DNA of 63,853 nt, filler included, from Octopus bimaculoides (GCF_001194135.2; 6 parts of 6 records of this genome joined end to end with filler, not necessarily neighbours in it); one strand, 5' to 3'. Shown: positions 23,727-36,852, counted from the whole stretch's first letter. Made by a program: numbers and translations. Notes: generated by a model from the letters alone, not told the origin.

Positions 23727-24679
23727 AATAAAATTAAATATCGATTTGAAAAAGAGGTAAGATAAAATTAGTCAAGCATCGCAGCTGATCGCGACAGCTT
23801 TACATAGATGGGAGGAGAAATACGAGACGCAAAATTCAGAAGAAGAAAAAAAATATAAAATAAATATGATAACAAAAGTATGAGAAAAAGAAATCAAATG
23901 TCAGCTCCCCCACCCTCCTTCAGAACCAAGTGTGGAATGGCATGTAGAGAAGAGAATTTCGAAGACAGTGAAATTCTAGATGACAGGTATCACTTGGAAG
24001 TAACTTAGAAGAACGAAGTGGCTGTAGTTATGTGACAGAAAGTGATGTACGATCTTCTGAACAGAAATAAATGCCGTCAGATTTATTACTTATTTTAAGA
24101 AATTGGTAAAATGCTGAAGTCAGTTTGATTGTTCGTGGTGTGTTGAATTATTTCTGACATTGGCAGCTAAAGGATTGTTAAGGAGGTTCTAATATAAAAG
24201 ACTAACGGAGGATTGTCTTGTTTTAATATAGCGACAGCTTGAGAAACAGAGAGAGACAGACAGACAGACAGAGTGAATTAAGTGTGTATGAGTTTTAATA
24301 CGTACGAGTTAAAAGGTTTGTTGTACATCAATATCGATTTTTTTTGTTTCTTACGTTGGCACAAGGTGAATAATTGTAAAGGAAGAATTCATTGGCTTGA
24401 ATGAGCATTAGTATATGATTGGTGATTATTATTATAATTGTTATTATTACATCTACGTCCAGATGAACAAGAAAAAGCAAAATTGACCCCCAGAAATATT
24501 GTAATTTCTGGAAATCTTAACAAAATATTATCTCAATATTATAAGACATTTCTTGCTGCTTATTTTCTCATGAAACCACGTCATTTCATTCATAAGATTC
24601 TTCTTAATGTTTTATTTTCAAGATTTCAGAAAGATTAATTATGGTTTAATTGTTGTTTAATACGCCATGTCTTTCTTCC

Positions 24680-24995
24680 ATACGGTTTAGCGCCTTGAGT
24701 ATTCGCTTCAGGATCACAAGATTGTGAGTTCGATTTCTGGCGGTGCGCTGTGTACTTGAGCAAGACACTTTATTTCACATTGCTCCAGTCTACTCAACTG
24801 ACTAAAACTAGTTGTACCTGTAATTCAAAACGGCCAGCCTTGTAATAGTCTGTATCAAGCTGAATCACCCCGAGAATTACATTAAGGGTACGAGTGTCTG
24901 TAGAGTGCTCAACCACTTGCACGTTAATTTCATGAGCAAGCTGTTCCGTTGATAGGATCAACTGGAACCTTCCTCGTTGTAACCGACGGAGTACC
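24680..24995 (+). mobile_element. SINE family B
   Basis: B-box gagttcgatttc, CORE-like cttgagcaagacactttatttcacattgctccagtc, full 3' body. Confidence 0.85.
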
Positions 24996-25084
24996 ACTTT
25001 ACCATATATTAAAATAACTCTTACGAATGACGTATACAGCATAAGTTTGGTATGGAACTATGTGCTTCCAACACGTGCTTTGTT

Positions 25085-25290
25085 TTATCTTTTACTTGTT
25101 TCAGTCATTGCACTGTGACCATGCTGGAGCACTACTTTGAGAGGCTTAGTGGAACAAATTGCCGCCAGTAAAGTCTGGTACTTATCGATTCTTTGGCCAA
25201 ATCACTAAATTACAAGGACGCTAACAAATCAGTACCGGCTGTCAAGCAGTGACGGGGGACGATCAACGCAAACACAAGGGAGCACACACA
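25085..25290 (-). mobile_element. SINE family C, 3' part
   Basis: tttacttgtttcagtcattgcactgtgaccatgctggagcac matches other family C copies. Confidence 0.7.
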
Positions 25291-25306
25291 CACACTATAT
25301 ATATAT

Positions 25307-25406
25307 NNNNNNNNNNNNNNNNNNNNNNNNNNNNNNNNNNNNNNNNNNNNTTAATTAATTAANNNNNNNNNNNNNNNNNNNNNNNNNNNNNNNNNNNNNN
25401 NNNNNN
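25307..25406. other. Artificial assembly linker N44-TTAATTAATTAA-N44
   Basis: Identical 100-nt construct recurs at 31457, 59415, 61240 and 62405. The 12-mer places TAA in all six frames. Confidence 0.95.
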
Positions 25407-25438
<32 letters not shown>

Positions 25439-25867
25439 TAGACCAGTAAAAAATAATTCTGTTACAAAATAAGCAACAACGCAGAAAAAATAAAATAAGA
25501 CGAAATAAAGATTTTCAGTAGCCTAAGGAAACGTTACTCCTACAGATGATACAATGAACGCAGAATATCAAAAACACGAGCATTGCCTTTCTGTGTAGCC
25601 CTAAAAAGGGATGTATCCACCTTATGTACATCTTTGATAATAAGTCTAATCGGAAAACAAAAAGTAAATTATAATCAAGGGACATTACTCTTCTCTTGAG
25701 AGCCTATTTATTTCCCTTGTTGCGGTTAGAAGCGATGGCAACACAGCACGACTGCAACTGCCAAGCGTTACTGCCAAGGAAGGTCTTGAAATATTTGACG
25801 GAACACTTGCCAAGAAGATGAATCTGCAAGCTATCTGTCTGTCTGTCTGTCTGTCTGTATGTATGTA

Positions 25868-25931
<64 letters not shown>

Positions 25932-26767
25932 GCAAACATACACACACACACATACATACACACACACACATTCGCGCATACATACACATTCACAAACACA
26001 AACAGACACACACACACACGCACACACACACACACACACACATGCATATATATATTTATATATATATGCATATATATGTAGTGCGTTTATTTCATCAAAT
26101 TTAATGATGACCGAGCAGCTGTTTAGAACAGAAATAGATGAGAAGATGAAGATGNNNNNNNNNNNNNNNNNNNNNNNNNNNNNNNNNNNNNNNNNNNNNN
26201 NNNNNNNNNNNNNNNNNNNNNNNNNNNNNNNNNNNNNNNNNNNNNNNNNNNNNNNNNNNNNNNNNNNNNNNNNNNNNNNNNNNNNNNNNNNNNNNNNNNN
26301 NNNNNNNNNNNNNNNNNNNNNNNNNNNNNNNNNNNNNNNNNNNNNNNNNNNNNNNNNNNNNNNNNNNNNNNNNNNNNNNNNNNNNNNNNNNNNNNNNNNN
26401 NNNNNNNNNNNNNNNNNNNNNNNNNNNNNNNNNNNNNNNNNNNNNNNNNNNNNNNNNNNNNNNNNNNNNNNNNNNNNNNNNNNNNNNNNNNNNNNNNNNN
26501 NNNNNNNNNNNNNNNNNNNNNNNNNNNNNNNNNNNNNNNNNNNNNNNNNNNNNNNNNNNNNNGTGTATGTATGTAGCTATCTATGTGTGTATACATATAT
26601 AAATACATAATACATATGCATATGTATGCATATATTATGTTATATACATACATACTCATATATATACACACACATACATGCATAAGTGTATGCATACATG
26701 TGTGCATGCATGCATACATACATACATACATACATAAACATACAGTCAGATAAACAATACATATATA

Positions 26768-28011
26768 CATGGTGCACTGTAAAGAATTCCCGATTATTTA
26801 AGCGTTTATTTTAGTAAATAAATTTAGTTTGACATTGCACAAAAATAATTAACATGCGTTCTTTGACATTCAATTGTTCACGTACACTCCATTGTTTGTT
26901 TATATTCGGCGAGTAAAACGTTTTTAATATAGCAGCTGACAAGCACAGTGAGATTGTAACTCTGAAAAATGCAGGACTATATAGCACCAAAGACTTCAAG
27001 GTTTCGTGTTGATCCTAAAACAGTCTCTGATATCATGAAACGATACTGTAAGACAGGTTCAATATTCAGCAAGACCATTTCTGGTCGAAAATCATCCGTA
27101 AGGACGAAACAATTAGTGGATGTCGTCCGAAAGAGACTGTCACGAAATCCACTGCGGTGTATGAGGCAAATGGCTATAAACCTCCGATATCTTTCAGACA
27201 CCCATGTGACGGGTCATGCAACGTCGACACCTATTTTCGGCTGCTTCCAAAGCAAAGCGATTGGACAGTTGTAAGAAAATGGTCGGAGAGATTCAGAGCG
27301 CCGGTGACAATGTCTTCATCTGGTTGGACGATAAGATATTCACCGTGGAAGCTGTACCGAACACCCACAATGACAGGATTTTGACTACGCGGTCAGATGC
27401 TGTCCCCGAAGGCATCTGTAAGGTGTTTCGCCGAATGAAACCCGCTGTAGTGATGGTTTGGGTTGCAGTATCATCCGATACCTCCTCTGGTGTTCATCAA
27501 AGAGAGAACGAAAGGGAATTCGGCAATTTGCATGAAAATTTTAGAGGATAATGTTTTGCCATGAGTGACCGAAACATTTGGAGATAATTACGTGTTCACA
27601 CAAAACGGCGCTCCTTCTCATACGTTCAATGAGACAGCAGTGATGCAAGAGTCATTTTAGCAGATTCTGGGACAAGAATTTGTGGCTCCAGTCCAGCCCG
27701 GACCTCAACCATATGGACTTTGTTATTTGGTCCATTCTAGAAAGTGATGTTTCAAGAATTTCCAACAAAAATATCACCACTCTGAAGAAAGCCTTAGTCG
27801 CGTCATGGAATCGTTTAAGTGAAGAAGCCGTCCGGTGTTCGTGTGACTCTGGTCTTGGCCATCTTCGGGTGATTGTGAAGGTTAAAGGCGGTCATATTGA
27901 ATGAAATATATCTTCATATTTATCTAAATCCTAAAGAACTCCTGTGTTTTTATGCCCTCTACTAAAAATTATGACTAAAAATCAATCGGGAATACTTTGG
28001 AGCGCAACCTG
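26768..28011 (+). mobile_element. Full-length degenerate Tc1/mariner element, maT (DD37D)-like
   Basis: TA-flanked TIRs (catggtgcactgtaaagaattcccgatt vs reverse-complemented caggttgcgctccaaagtattcccgatt). Motifs WLDDKIFTVE, FTQNGAPSH, SSPDLNHMDF, KGGHIE*. Spacing from the second to third catalytic residue is 37 aa if one frameshift is repaired. Confidence 0.92.
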
Positions 28012-30798
28012 TACATGATGGCTATGTACTCGTGACCGAAGAGCATCACTGATCATTAGACACACGGTGCAAAATGTTCCTAATGGTCAGTGATGGTGTA
28101 AATTTGCATTTTGCACATACGGCTCCACTGGTAATAAATGAGCCCAGCTCTTGATAAACATACTCGTCCGTAGATGTTGCAGACCAAGCTTCCCCCGTCT
28201 ACTACCACACTGGTGATTAAATCTTTATTACGGTCACTTGGGACCGAACATAGAATGTGAACAGTACAGGACAAACAATTACATAAAATGAATGAGTTCG
28301 TGTTTAAAATTTTTTGCGATTAATATAAATCGATAATGAATATATTTACAAATAAATGAACTTAACCATTTTTTTCTTTTCTCTTTTTTTAATAAAGCGT
28401 GAGCGAATTGAATTTACAACCCGGTAGCCTGTAAGGCCCAACAGATCCCTTTTTATCTTTTTCGGTGATTAATTTGGGTGACTTGCACCCACCGTTTTCA
28501 CCACTTCCTTCCATCTTTGTTCATATACTCTAGCTGACAGGGCCCTCTTTTCCAGCCCTATCTTGCTCTTCAAATGGTATCTCAAGTAAAGCAGCAAACC
28601 AGGGCCGGATATATAGGAACCTGTCACAAAGCCTTCCATTCTTGTCCTCCATATACATTCATTCAACACTGCTACCGTACAGAAAAAAGCAAGCCTCACC
28701 TTCCCACACTAGTGATGCGTTTTCGAACATTTCGCTTAAGCTCCCTCGGGAAAATGCGTTTGTTTTTTTCGATAATAACCATTCCTTCTTTTATTCGTTT
28801 TCCTCTTTAGTGGCAATGACAAGTTTCCCACATGCCGTCAACGAGGATTTTACACAAACCATAAATTATAGACTTGGTCTCCTGTCGAATTATAGTAAGT
28901 CAACAACTGTAGGAAAGATATCAGCAGGTAGAAAAATATCGAGGACCGATATATTTAAAGCTCAAATCAGACCCTGAACCGAATAGTTGCGTGGCGAGCT
29001 AATTCTGCAGCTTATACATAAACAAAACAGCGTACGTTTATCAAATGATATTTCCATGCTATAACTTACAGGTCTATCAATAACACAGAGGTGTGCCTCT
29101 TTGGTTCATGCGATGAGAATATTTGGCAGATTGAGGAAAATTTGGCTGCTAATTCTGACACAACCGTCTACTATCTTGGGAATCGTCCTGGAAGATCAAT
29201 GGTACACACACACATAAGAGAGTAAGGTATGATTTGAGCGTATGTATCTGCCTGGCTGATTCATGCTACGTAGAATGGTGGGTTGGGAATGAAAGGAAAC
29301 TTCGTTGCTGTTCCCAACATGTCTATCTACTACTACTTTAATGCGTATACTTAAGATGTGTGTGCGTGTATTTTACATACATGTACACACCTGCAAGAAA
29401 CACACACGTACACAGTCACGAAAAAACACACACATAAACACACACACACGTACATAAACACACACACACACACATCCACACAGGTCTAGAAACACACCCA
29501 CGTGTACCCTGTGGTGTTCTAATTGCAACAATAGTGATATATGCAAAATATCGAACATCTAATGAAGAATTTATTTTGCTTTACTACAAAAAAATATCTT
29601 GAAAAGATCTTCAAACAGTTTAATAGCAACAGACATTATTTTTTTTTTTATTCATTTAAATACTTACCATGTTTATAACTATATTTTCTTGACATACGAA
29701 TGATTATAACTTGAGGAAGCAATATTTCGTTTTCATCATCTTTANNNNNNNNNNNNNNNNNNNNNNNNNNNNNNNNNNNNNNNNNNNNNNNNNNNNNNNN
29801 NNNNNNNNNNNNNNNNNNNNNNNNNNNNNNNNNNNNNNNNNNNNNNNNNNNNNNNNNNNNNNNNNNNNNNNNNNNNNNNNNNNNNNNNNNNNNNNNNNNN
29901 NNNNNNNNNNNNNNNNNNNNNNNNNNNNNNNNNNNNNNNNNNNNNNNNNNNNNNNNNNNNNNNNNNNNNNNNNNNNNNNNNNNNNNNNNNNNNNNNNNNN
30001 NNNNNNNNNNNNNNNNNNNNNNNNNNNNNNNNNNNNNNNNNNNNNNNNNNNNNNNNNNNNNNNNNNNNNNNNNNNNNNNNNNNNNNNNNNNNNNNNNNNN
30101 NNNNNNNNNNNNNNNNNNNNNNNNNNNNNNNNNNNNNNNNNNNNNNNNNNNNNNNNNNNNNNNNNNNNNNNNNNNNNNNNNNNNNNNNNNNNNNNNNNNN
30201 NNNNNNNNNNNNNNNNNNNNNNNNNNNNNNNNNNNNNNNNNNNNNNNNNNNNNNNNNNNNNNNNNNNNNNNNNNNNNNNNNNNNNNNNNNNNNNNNNNNN
30301 NNNNNNNNNNNNNNNNNNNNNNNNNNNNNNNNNNNNNNNNNNNNNNNNNNNNNNNNNNNNNNNNNNNNNNNNNNNNNNNNNNNNNNNNNNNNNNNNNNNN
30401 NNNNNNNNNNNNNNNNNNNNNNNNNNNNNNNNNNNNNNNNNNNNNNNNNNNNNNNNNNNNNNNNNNNNNNNNNNNNNNNNNNNNNNNNNNNNNNNNNNNN
30501 NNNNNNNNNNNNNNNNNNNNNNNNNNNNNNNNNNNNNNNNNNNNNNNNNNNNNNNNNNNNNNNNNNNNNNNNNNNNNNNNNNNNNNNNNNNNNNNNNNNN
30601 NNNNNNNNNNNNNNNNNNNNNNNNNNNNNNNNNNNNNNNNNNNNNNNNNNNNNNNNNNNNNNNNNNNNNNNNNNNNNNNNNNNNNNNNNNNNNNNNNNNN
30701 NNNNNNNNNNNNNNNNNNNNNNNNNNNNNNNNNNNNNGGGTGACCAAAGCCTTGTGAGTGGATTTGGTAGACGCAAACTGAAAGATGCCAGTCGTATA

Positions 30799-30966
30799 TT
30801 CCCTATTTTAACGTGTTTAAGGAACCCCCTAATTTGGGGGGGCTTAAAATTTGGAAAAAATGTTTTGTAAGGCATTATAATACTATCCATGTATAAGAAA
30901 CTCCCATATTTTTTAACCTCATTTTTGACAAAAAATAGGGTTCCTTATAGACGTTAAAATACGGTG
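30799..30966. mobile_element. TA-flanked MITE (~168 bp) inserted in a family C SINE tail
   Basis: TIRs ccctattttaacgtgtttaaggaaccc vs reverse-complemented ccgtattttaacgtctataaggaaccc. TA at 30797-98 and 30967-68. Confidence 0.75.
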
Positions 30967-31157
30967 TACACACACATATACATACGCATATATAGTATAA
31001 TAAGGAAATGAAAAATAGAAGTGTAGACGTTACTTTATTCCAAGTTGGTATAAATATCCAATAAAAACTCTGCAATTTGTTCCAAGCCTAATTAATTCAA
31101 AACAAAACGAAATACAATCGTTTTGAAATNNNNNNNNNNTATATATATATATATATA

Positions 31158-31335
31158 TAGGGGCAGGCGTAGCTGTTTAGTAAGAACGTTTTGCTTCCAA
31201 CCACATGGCTCCGGGCTCAGTCCTACTGCGTGGCACCTTGGGCAAGTATCTTTTCGTATCGTCCCGGGGAGTGGGGTGACCAAAGCCTTGTGAGTGGATT
31301 TGGTAGACGCAAACTGAAAGATGCCAGTCGTATAT
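31158..31335 (+). mobile_element. SINE family C (CORE-type, OR2-like)
   Basis: ggcaggcgtagctgtttagtaag...gggctcagtcc (B-box)...gtggcaccttgggcaagt (CORE)...caaagccttgtgagtggatttggtagac. Confidence 0.85.
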
Positions 31336-31556
31336 TCCCTATTTTAACGTGTTTAAGGAACCCCCTAATTTGGGGGGGCTTAAAATTTGGAAAAAATGTT
31401 TTGTAAGGCATTATAATACTATCCATGTATAAGAAACTCCCATATTTTTTAACCTCNNNNNNNNNNNNNNNNNNNNNNNNNNNNNNNNNNNNNNNNNNNN
31501 TTAATTAATTAANNNNNNNNNNNNNNNNNNNNNNNNNNNNNNNNNNNNNNNNNNNN

Positions 31557-31760
31557 GGCCGTTTTCGTGCGGGTGACACGTAAAAGCACCCACTACACTC
31601 TCTGAGTGGTTGGCGTTAGGAAGGGCATCCAGCTGTAGAAACTCTGCCAAATCAGACTGGAGCCTGGTGTTGCCATCCGGTTGCACCAGTCCTCAGTCAA
31701 ATCGTCCAACCCATGCTAGCATGGAAAGCGGACGTTAAACGATGATGATGATGATGATGA
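31557..31760 (+). mobile_element. RTE-type 3' tail (young copy) with (GAT)n end
   Basis: gagtggttggcgttaggaagggcatccagctgtagaaac...aacccatgctagcatggaaagcggacgttaaac(gat)n. Same tail as the RTE ORF relic at 56.6-57.6 kb. Confidence 0.88.
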
Positions 31761-32064
31761 AACCTGATGTCAAGATCTTGCATTTTGTTAAAGCTGGAAA
31801 ATGTTTGCATGCATTTCAAATCACCACTGAATTTCAATATCTAATCTCATAACCACCATCTCTATCTTCTTTCTAGCTACTCCCACCCTTATATAATGTA
31901 GGGTAGCCACATATCTTCTCTTTAGCTAGAGACTTGGGCTTGTCTCTTTATCATACGTTTAGCTTCCCAACACCTGGCATAAAACCCATTGCCTTCATAC
32001 CCTAAATACATACACATTTGAGAGAGCTTTTTCCTGTTCATGTCTTGCAAGTTATTTTGCAATC

Positions 32065-32255
32065 ACACTAGTGCCAGTGACACAAAAAAAGTACCCAGTA
32101 CACATTGTAAAGTGGTTAGCATGAAGAAGGGCATTCAGCCATAGAAACCATGCCAAGCTAACATAAAAGGTGACATACCCCTGTGGTTTGCCAGACCCTG
32201 TCAAACCATCTAATACCTGACAGCATAGAAAGCAGATCTTAAATGATGATGATAC
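32065..32255 (+). mobile_element. RTE-type 3' tail (old copy)
   Basis: Decayed gtaaagtggttagcatgaagaagggcattcagccatagaaacc...ttaaatgatgatgat. Confidence 0.75.
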
Positions 32256-32600
32256 TCTTTACTCTTTTACTTGTTTCAGTCTTTTGACTGTGGCCATGCT
32301 GGAGCATCGCCTTTAGTCGAGCAAATCGACCCCAGGACTTATTCTTTGTAAGCCTAGTACTTATTCTATCGGTCTCCTTTGACGAACCGCTAAGTTACGG
32401 GGACGTAAACACACCAGCATCGGTTGTCAANNNNNNNNNNGGGCTTCTTTCAGTTTCCCTCTACCAAATCCACTCACAAGGCTTTGGTCGGCCCAGGCTA
32501 TAGTAGAAGGTACTTGCCCAAGGTGCCACGCAGTGGGAATGAACCCGGAACCATGTGGTTGGTAAGCGAGCTACTTACCACACAGCTACTCCTGCGCCTA
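32255..32600 (-). mobile_element. SINE family C, near full length
   Basis: Head at ~32600 (ggcgcaggagtagctgtgtggtaag), CORE, 3' tail agtaaaagagtaaaagag. Confidence 0.92.
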
Positions 32601-34329
32601 TAAGCATACTGTTGCAATTTTTTTTTTACCTTGAAAGCATTTGTCACATCTAATAATTGCTATCTTATAAAATCCTCATTCATGCTTTGGTTACCTCCAT
32701 ACTGGAGTTAGTTGGCATCATTAGGTCAAATTGTGTGTTCAATATGCTATACCCTCTTGTATTCAACTAAATTTAAAGTGTCACTGTTCGCACTGATCAG
32801 CAATAAACCAAGATTATTTCCTTTATTTTTTCCCCTTAGATACATTTAGCATATAACTCTCAAAATAACATTACAGCAATAGCAATATCTCAGTAACAGA
32901 CAAATTATATATATGTGGAGCAACCTTTTTTTTTTTTTTTATCAATCCCAACATACAGATGCTTATCTTAAATCAGATATTGAAATTCAGCGGTGATTTA
33001 AAATGGATATAAACATTTTCCAACTTTAACAAAATGCAAGATCTTGACATCAGGTTTAGTAGAAAGTAATATAGAGATGCAAAGAATATTGAAAAGACTC
33101 ATCGAAGAGTAGCATGGTTTCTGTTTTGATTCACTGCACTTAAAATGGGAACCTGTCTGTCTTTTGATTCTTGTAAGACATAAGTTATCTAACAAATCAG
33201 TCTAACCACCAACTCCCTACCCTCATCAAAAAAAAAAAGAAAGTCTTCTGTAATTATCTTTAGAGGCATCATATTGAAAAATGAAACTTCAAGAAAATGT
33301 CAGTGAGTGAAATTGTTCCACAATGATATATTTCCTTAAGACTATAAAAAAAAAAAAAATCATTGAAAAGAAAAAGAAAAAAAATTATTGATTATGATTT
33401 TCTTAAAAAAAGAGAGAGAAAGTTAGAGGCGGAGAGTCAGTGACCTTTGCAGACCCTCCCAGACTAGTGAGATTGATGTGGTTGATCTTTAGTTTAAAGA
33501 TCTGTAGGCAGACATCAACTACAAAATAATAAATAGATAATAAAAAAGAAACTGTTGGCAGATATAGTTATAGGAAGAAAAATGAAGTGTTTCATGTGAG
33601 ATCCAATCACAGTAGGGATTATTTTTAATGGGTTATTCAGAAGATAAAGGTATTTTCTAAGGGCTTCTAAGTATGGTAGTTGTAGTGAGGGAAAGGCAGA
33701 AGAAAGAACAATATGCAAATTATCCTCAAACTAGAGATTTGGTTTAAATGCTTGCAACTAGGTGGACTCTGCTAAAGCACTCAAAGGTATGATAGTTAAA
33801 CTGGGCAATAAAGTCAACCACAGTTACAGTTTCAATCACAGAGCTTGGGTTGACTCAAGGCTACAGCAGAAGACACTTGTCCATGGTACCATATCATGGA
33901 ACCAAACTATGTACATGCGGTTTCAAAAAAAACTTCTTTACCACAGAGACACAAGGAAGAGAGACAGGGTATTGGCTCAGTCAAGATGCAGCTAGCTACC
34001 TGAGAAGCTGTTGTAATAGTTCTTGTAGCACGTTGGAAAGAAATAGCACATATATTAATGTAGTAAACAAAAAATATTTCTGCATTCTGAAGTATATTAA
34101 AAATATTTTAAAATAACGTGGTTGTGGAATGAATCTTCAGAATATATGCTGTGTTCTTGGGAAAATAGCAATTAGTTGAGCAGCATTTATTATGGATTAA
34201 AAAAAATTAACAGACCAGTGGAGTTGAGGGGAACCTAATATCAGTTAACAAAATGAGAAACTGCTTCAATACACATCATTTTGTCAAAAACAAGGCATAG
34301 AATATACCCAGATGTCACTCCACAGCAAC

Positions 34330-34550
34330 ACTACATTTTGAGCTAATGAGCCTTGACAAAGATGAAACTGCTAGAAACAGCAACCAAATTACCCTTATAT
34401 TACAACTGTCTTAAAAAAAGGAAAGCCACATTAGATAATGTAGTCCAGGATACTCCTAAAATGACAGGGTTGTTATGGTTGGAATGTATTTGGTCATAGC
34501 TCTGTTCAGTCAGTATTGATGGACCTCGGGCTAAACAATAACAACCAGTT
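34330..34550 (+). mobile_element. Old interspersed repeat (family D, SINE-like)
   Basis: Similar segments (gaaatagcagccaaat...aatgtagtcc...gatgg..atggttg...ctaaacaa) recur at ~22160, 38570, 43830 and, reversed, 51570. Confidence 0.5.
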
Positions 34551-36669
34551 ATGTTTTAACCATAAGTTGGTTTTGGAGTACAGATTATAATTTTGTATTT
34601 TATTAACACTTAATCATCATAAAGCATATTGTTTGACTGGTGGTTCACATGTGACTTGTTATGAAAAGCCAAGTAAAATGTTTTGATAGGTGTTGTTTGA
34701 CAGTATTTGGGCAGATGTAAAAGAAATAGACCTAATCTAAATGGGATAGAAAGCTGGGAATTCTAGCAGGGATCAGAAACAAAAACAGATGTTAAGTTGC
34801 AAATTCATGCTAACACAAGGAAAATAAAAAAGTGAATCTTTGATAACTGATAATGATGCTGACAAAACGTTCTTATATATATTTTAAAAAAAACCTATTT
34901 GTTTGGGGGTCAACAAATTCAAAACAAATTAGAAACCAAAGTAGCAGCTAGATTACCTATCTGTAGCTCAGTTTTCACAAATTACCAAGCAATTTGCACA
35001 CTTTTCCCACTTACCCGTCCATCCATATCACGAGCACAAACACACTACACATTATTCCTTTAACAACTGTAGAAGATTTGAAAAATTACTTCAAATATTT
35101 AAGAAGCTTTACTTTTTGGATTATAGATATTAACATTGATAATTTAGCCTTAAAGTCTTAGTCTGCTATCATTTGCTATCTAAAGATATGTTTTATTATT
35201 GTTGCTAATTTCTAGAGTACCTAATAAATAGTAACCAATTTAAAATAGAGTTCTTTCATATCAAACACACTAATTGTTTGCTAGTATTTCAAATTTTGGC
35301 ACAAGGCCAGCAATTTTAGAGAGAGTGGGGTTAGTTAAATACATTGATCCCAAAAGGACGAAAGGCAAAAATTGATCATGGTTTCTGCAAAGAGACAGAA
35401 GAAATGTAGCAAGTTATTTTGTCCAGTGGGTTAATGATTCTACTAGCTCACTGTTTTATGTGACAAGTCCCAGTTGACTGCAAGCCATTAGAGTATTTTT
35501 GGTTGTGAACTCAAACAGTACAATGGAAACAAAGAAATGTCATGTTGCTATCACTCATGCTAGAGCAGTACTTTGAAACATTGTTCCCAGGTTGGGCCTG
35601 CACAAACAACCACTTATGGGGGAGTGGGATAGAAGGCTGTTAGGAACATGAAAGATTGCAACCCCACAGTTGGAATGAAACCAGAGGGAACACTGGTGGA
35701 AGTTCAAAATACCTCAGATGTGCAAATTGATTGTTGGAACAGAATGTAGAGGACAAAGACCAATCATGCTGTCTAGTAGTTGGTTTCTCCAAAGTTTATA
35801 TTTTACAGCCATTTTTAAAGTATGTTAGATAGTGTTGCAGAATTACTTCTCTTTAGCTTAACTCTTCTATGCAACTAAGTTACACATTCCTTATGTTCTA
35901 AGTTTTCATCTAAAGATTTTCAGTAGCCTACCATAATTCTTGCTACCTTTAATCAATCGGCAATCTAATGAGATTTATTCAGCCAGTTCTCAACACCAAC
36001 TTTTATCATATAAACCTGAATCTAAGAGACTTTCATGTTTCTTCATTAAATAATTAAATAAATTTTAACTTTTCATTCACATTAGTAAATTAGAAAGAAT
36101 GTTATATAAACTTTGAGATTTTTTTCCTGATTAACTTCAAATAAAAAGAACTTTGAACTAAAATCTTAATATCATGCAATTTGAAAATTAATTAGTTTTC
36201 TACATCTAAAACATTATATACAATTTCTTAAGTAGATTCTGAGACATACTCAGGGTCAGTAGACTACCACAATATTCTTTTGCTATCTTTAACAATTTTT
36301 TCTTTTTTCAGGCCCTCAACTCTTGGTGGAGTTCTTGAAGTGCTGTGACATATGGTGTCCCTTGGACAGATGAAACAGTGGAACCCATCCTTCTGCAGTC
36401 CTGAACACTACCTGTTTCTTCCAGAGAAAAAGATTGAGAAAGTGAGAAAGAAAAAGAGAGAAAACTATTGATTCAGTATTTGATACATAGTTTATTGACC
36501 CTCAAAGAACTAAGAGCAGAGAACTGTAATGGATACCACAAGGTATTCTATGTTCTAATAACTCCAACACTGCATTGCCTCCACCCAATAATTTACATAG
36601 TCATGAAACTTGATACTTTTGAAAGGAAAAGAGAAATTAATCTTTTCGATACCTGCCCAAAACTACACG

Positions 36670-36852
36670 TTCTATGACACAAAATTCTTTTCAAGTGACC
36701 AAAATCAAAACTTTCCATTTACATTTCATATTAATTTATGCTCTAAACATCAGTTTAATAATGACAAAATTATTTTCCCAAATACCTTGTTACTTTTAAA
36801 ATTAAGAGAAACAAAAGCATCATGTTTTAACAGAAATATGGTAACAAGCGGG
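36670..36852. mobile_element. TTAA-ended (piggyBac-type) MITE relic
   Basis: Ends gggttaa. Internal sequence is the reverse complement of the relic at 46179-46443. Confidence 0.55.

Larger units (their letters stand above)
31761..33056. repeat. 82-bp inverted repeat pair (arms 31761-31842 and 32975-33056)
   Basis: Arms are reverse complements with 6 mismatches in 82 nt by manual alignment. Confidence 0.9.

Noticed and set aside
23900-23990. Acidic peptide PPSEPSVEWHVEENFEDSEILDD
   Set aside because: No acceptor, a short frame, and purine-rich composition explains the acidity.
22-26770. Many ORFs of YLSI, CVCV, HTHT, YVCM, LLLL or X runs
   Set aside because: They are translations of microsatellites or N gaps, not genes.
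30738-31456. 183-bp perfect direct duplication (30738-30920 = 31274-31456)
   Set aside because: Both copies end at gap edges and are identical. This is most likely an unmerged contig overlap.
33998-34087. Minus-strand signal-peptide-like frame MQKYFLFTTLIYVLFLSNVLQELLQQLL
   Set aside because: Hydrophobic strings arise readily from T-rich DNA, the donor is weak and there is no homology.
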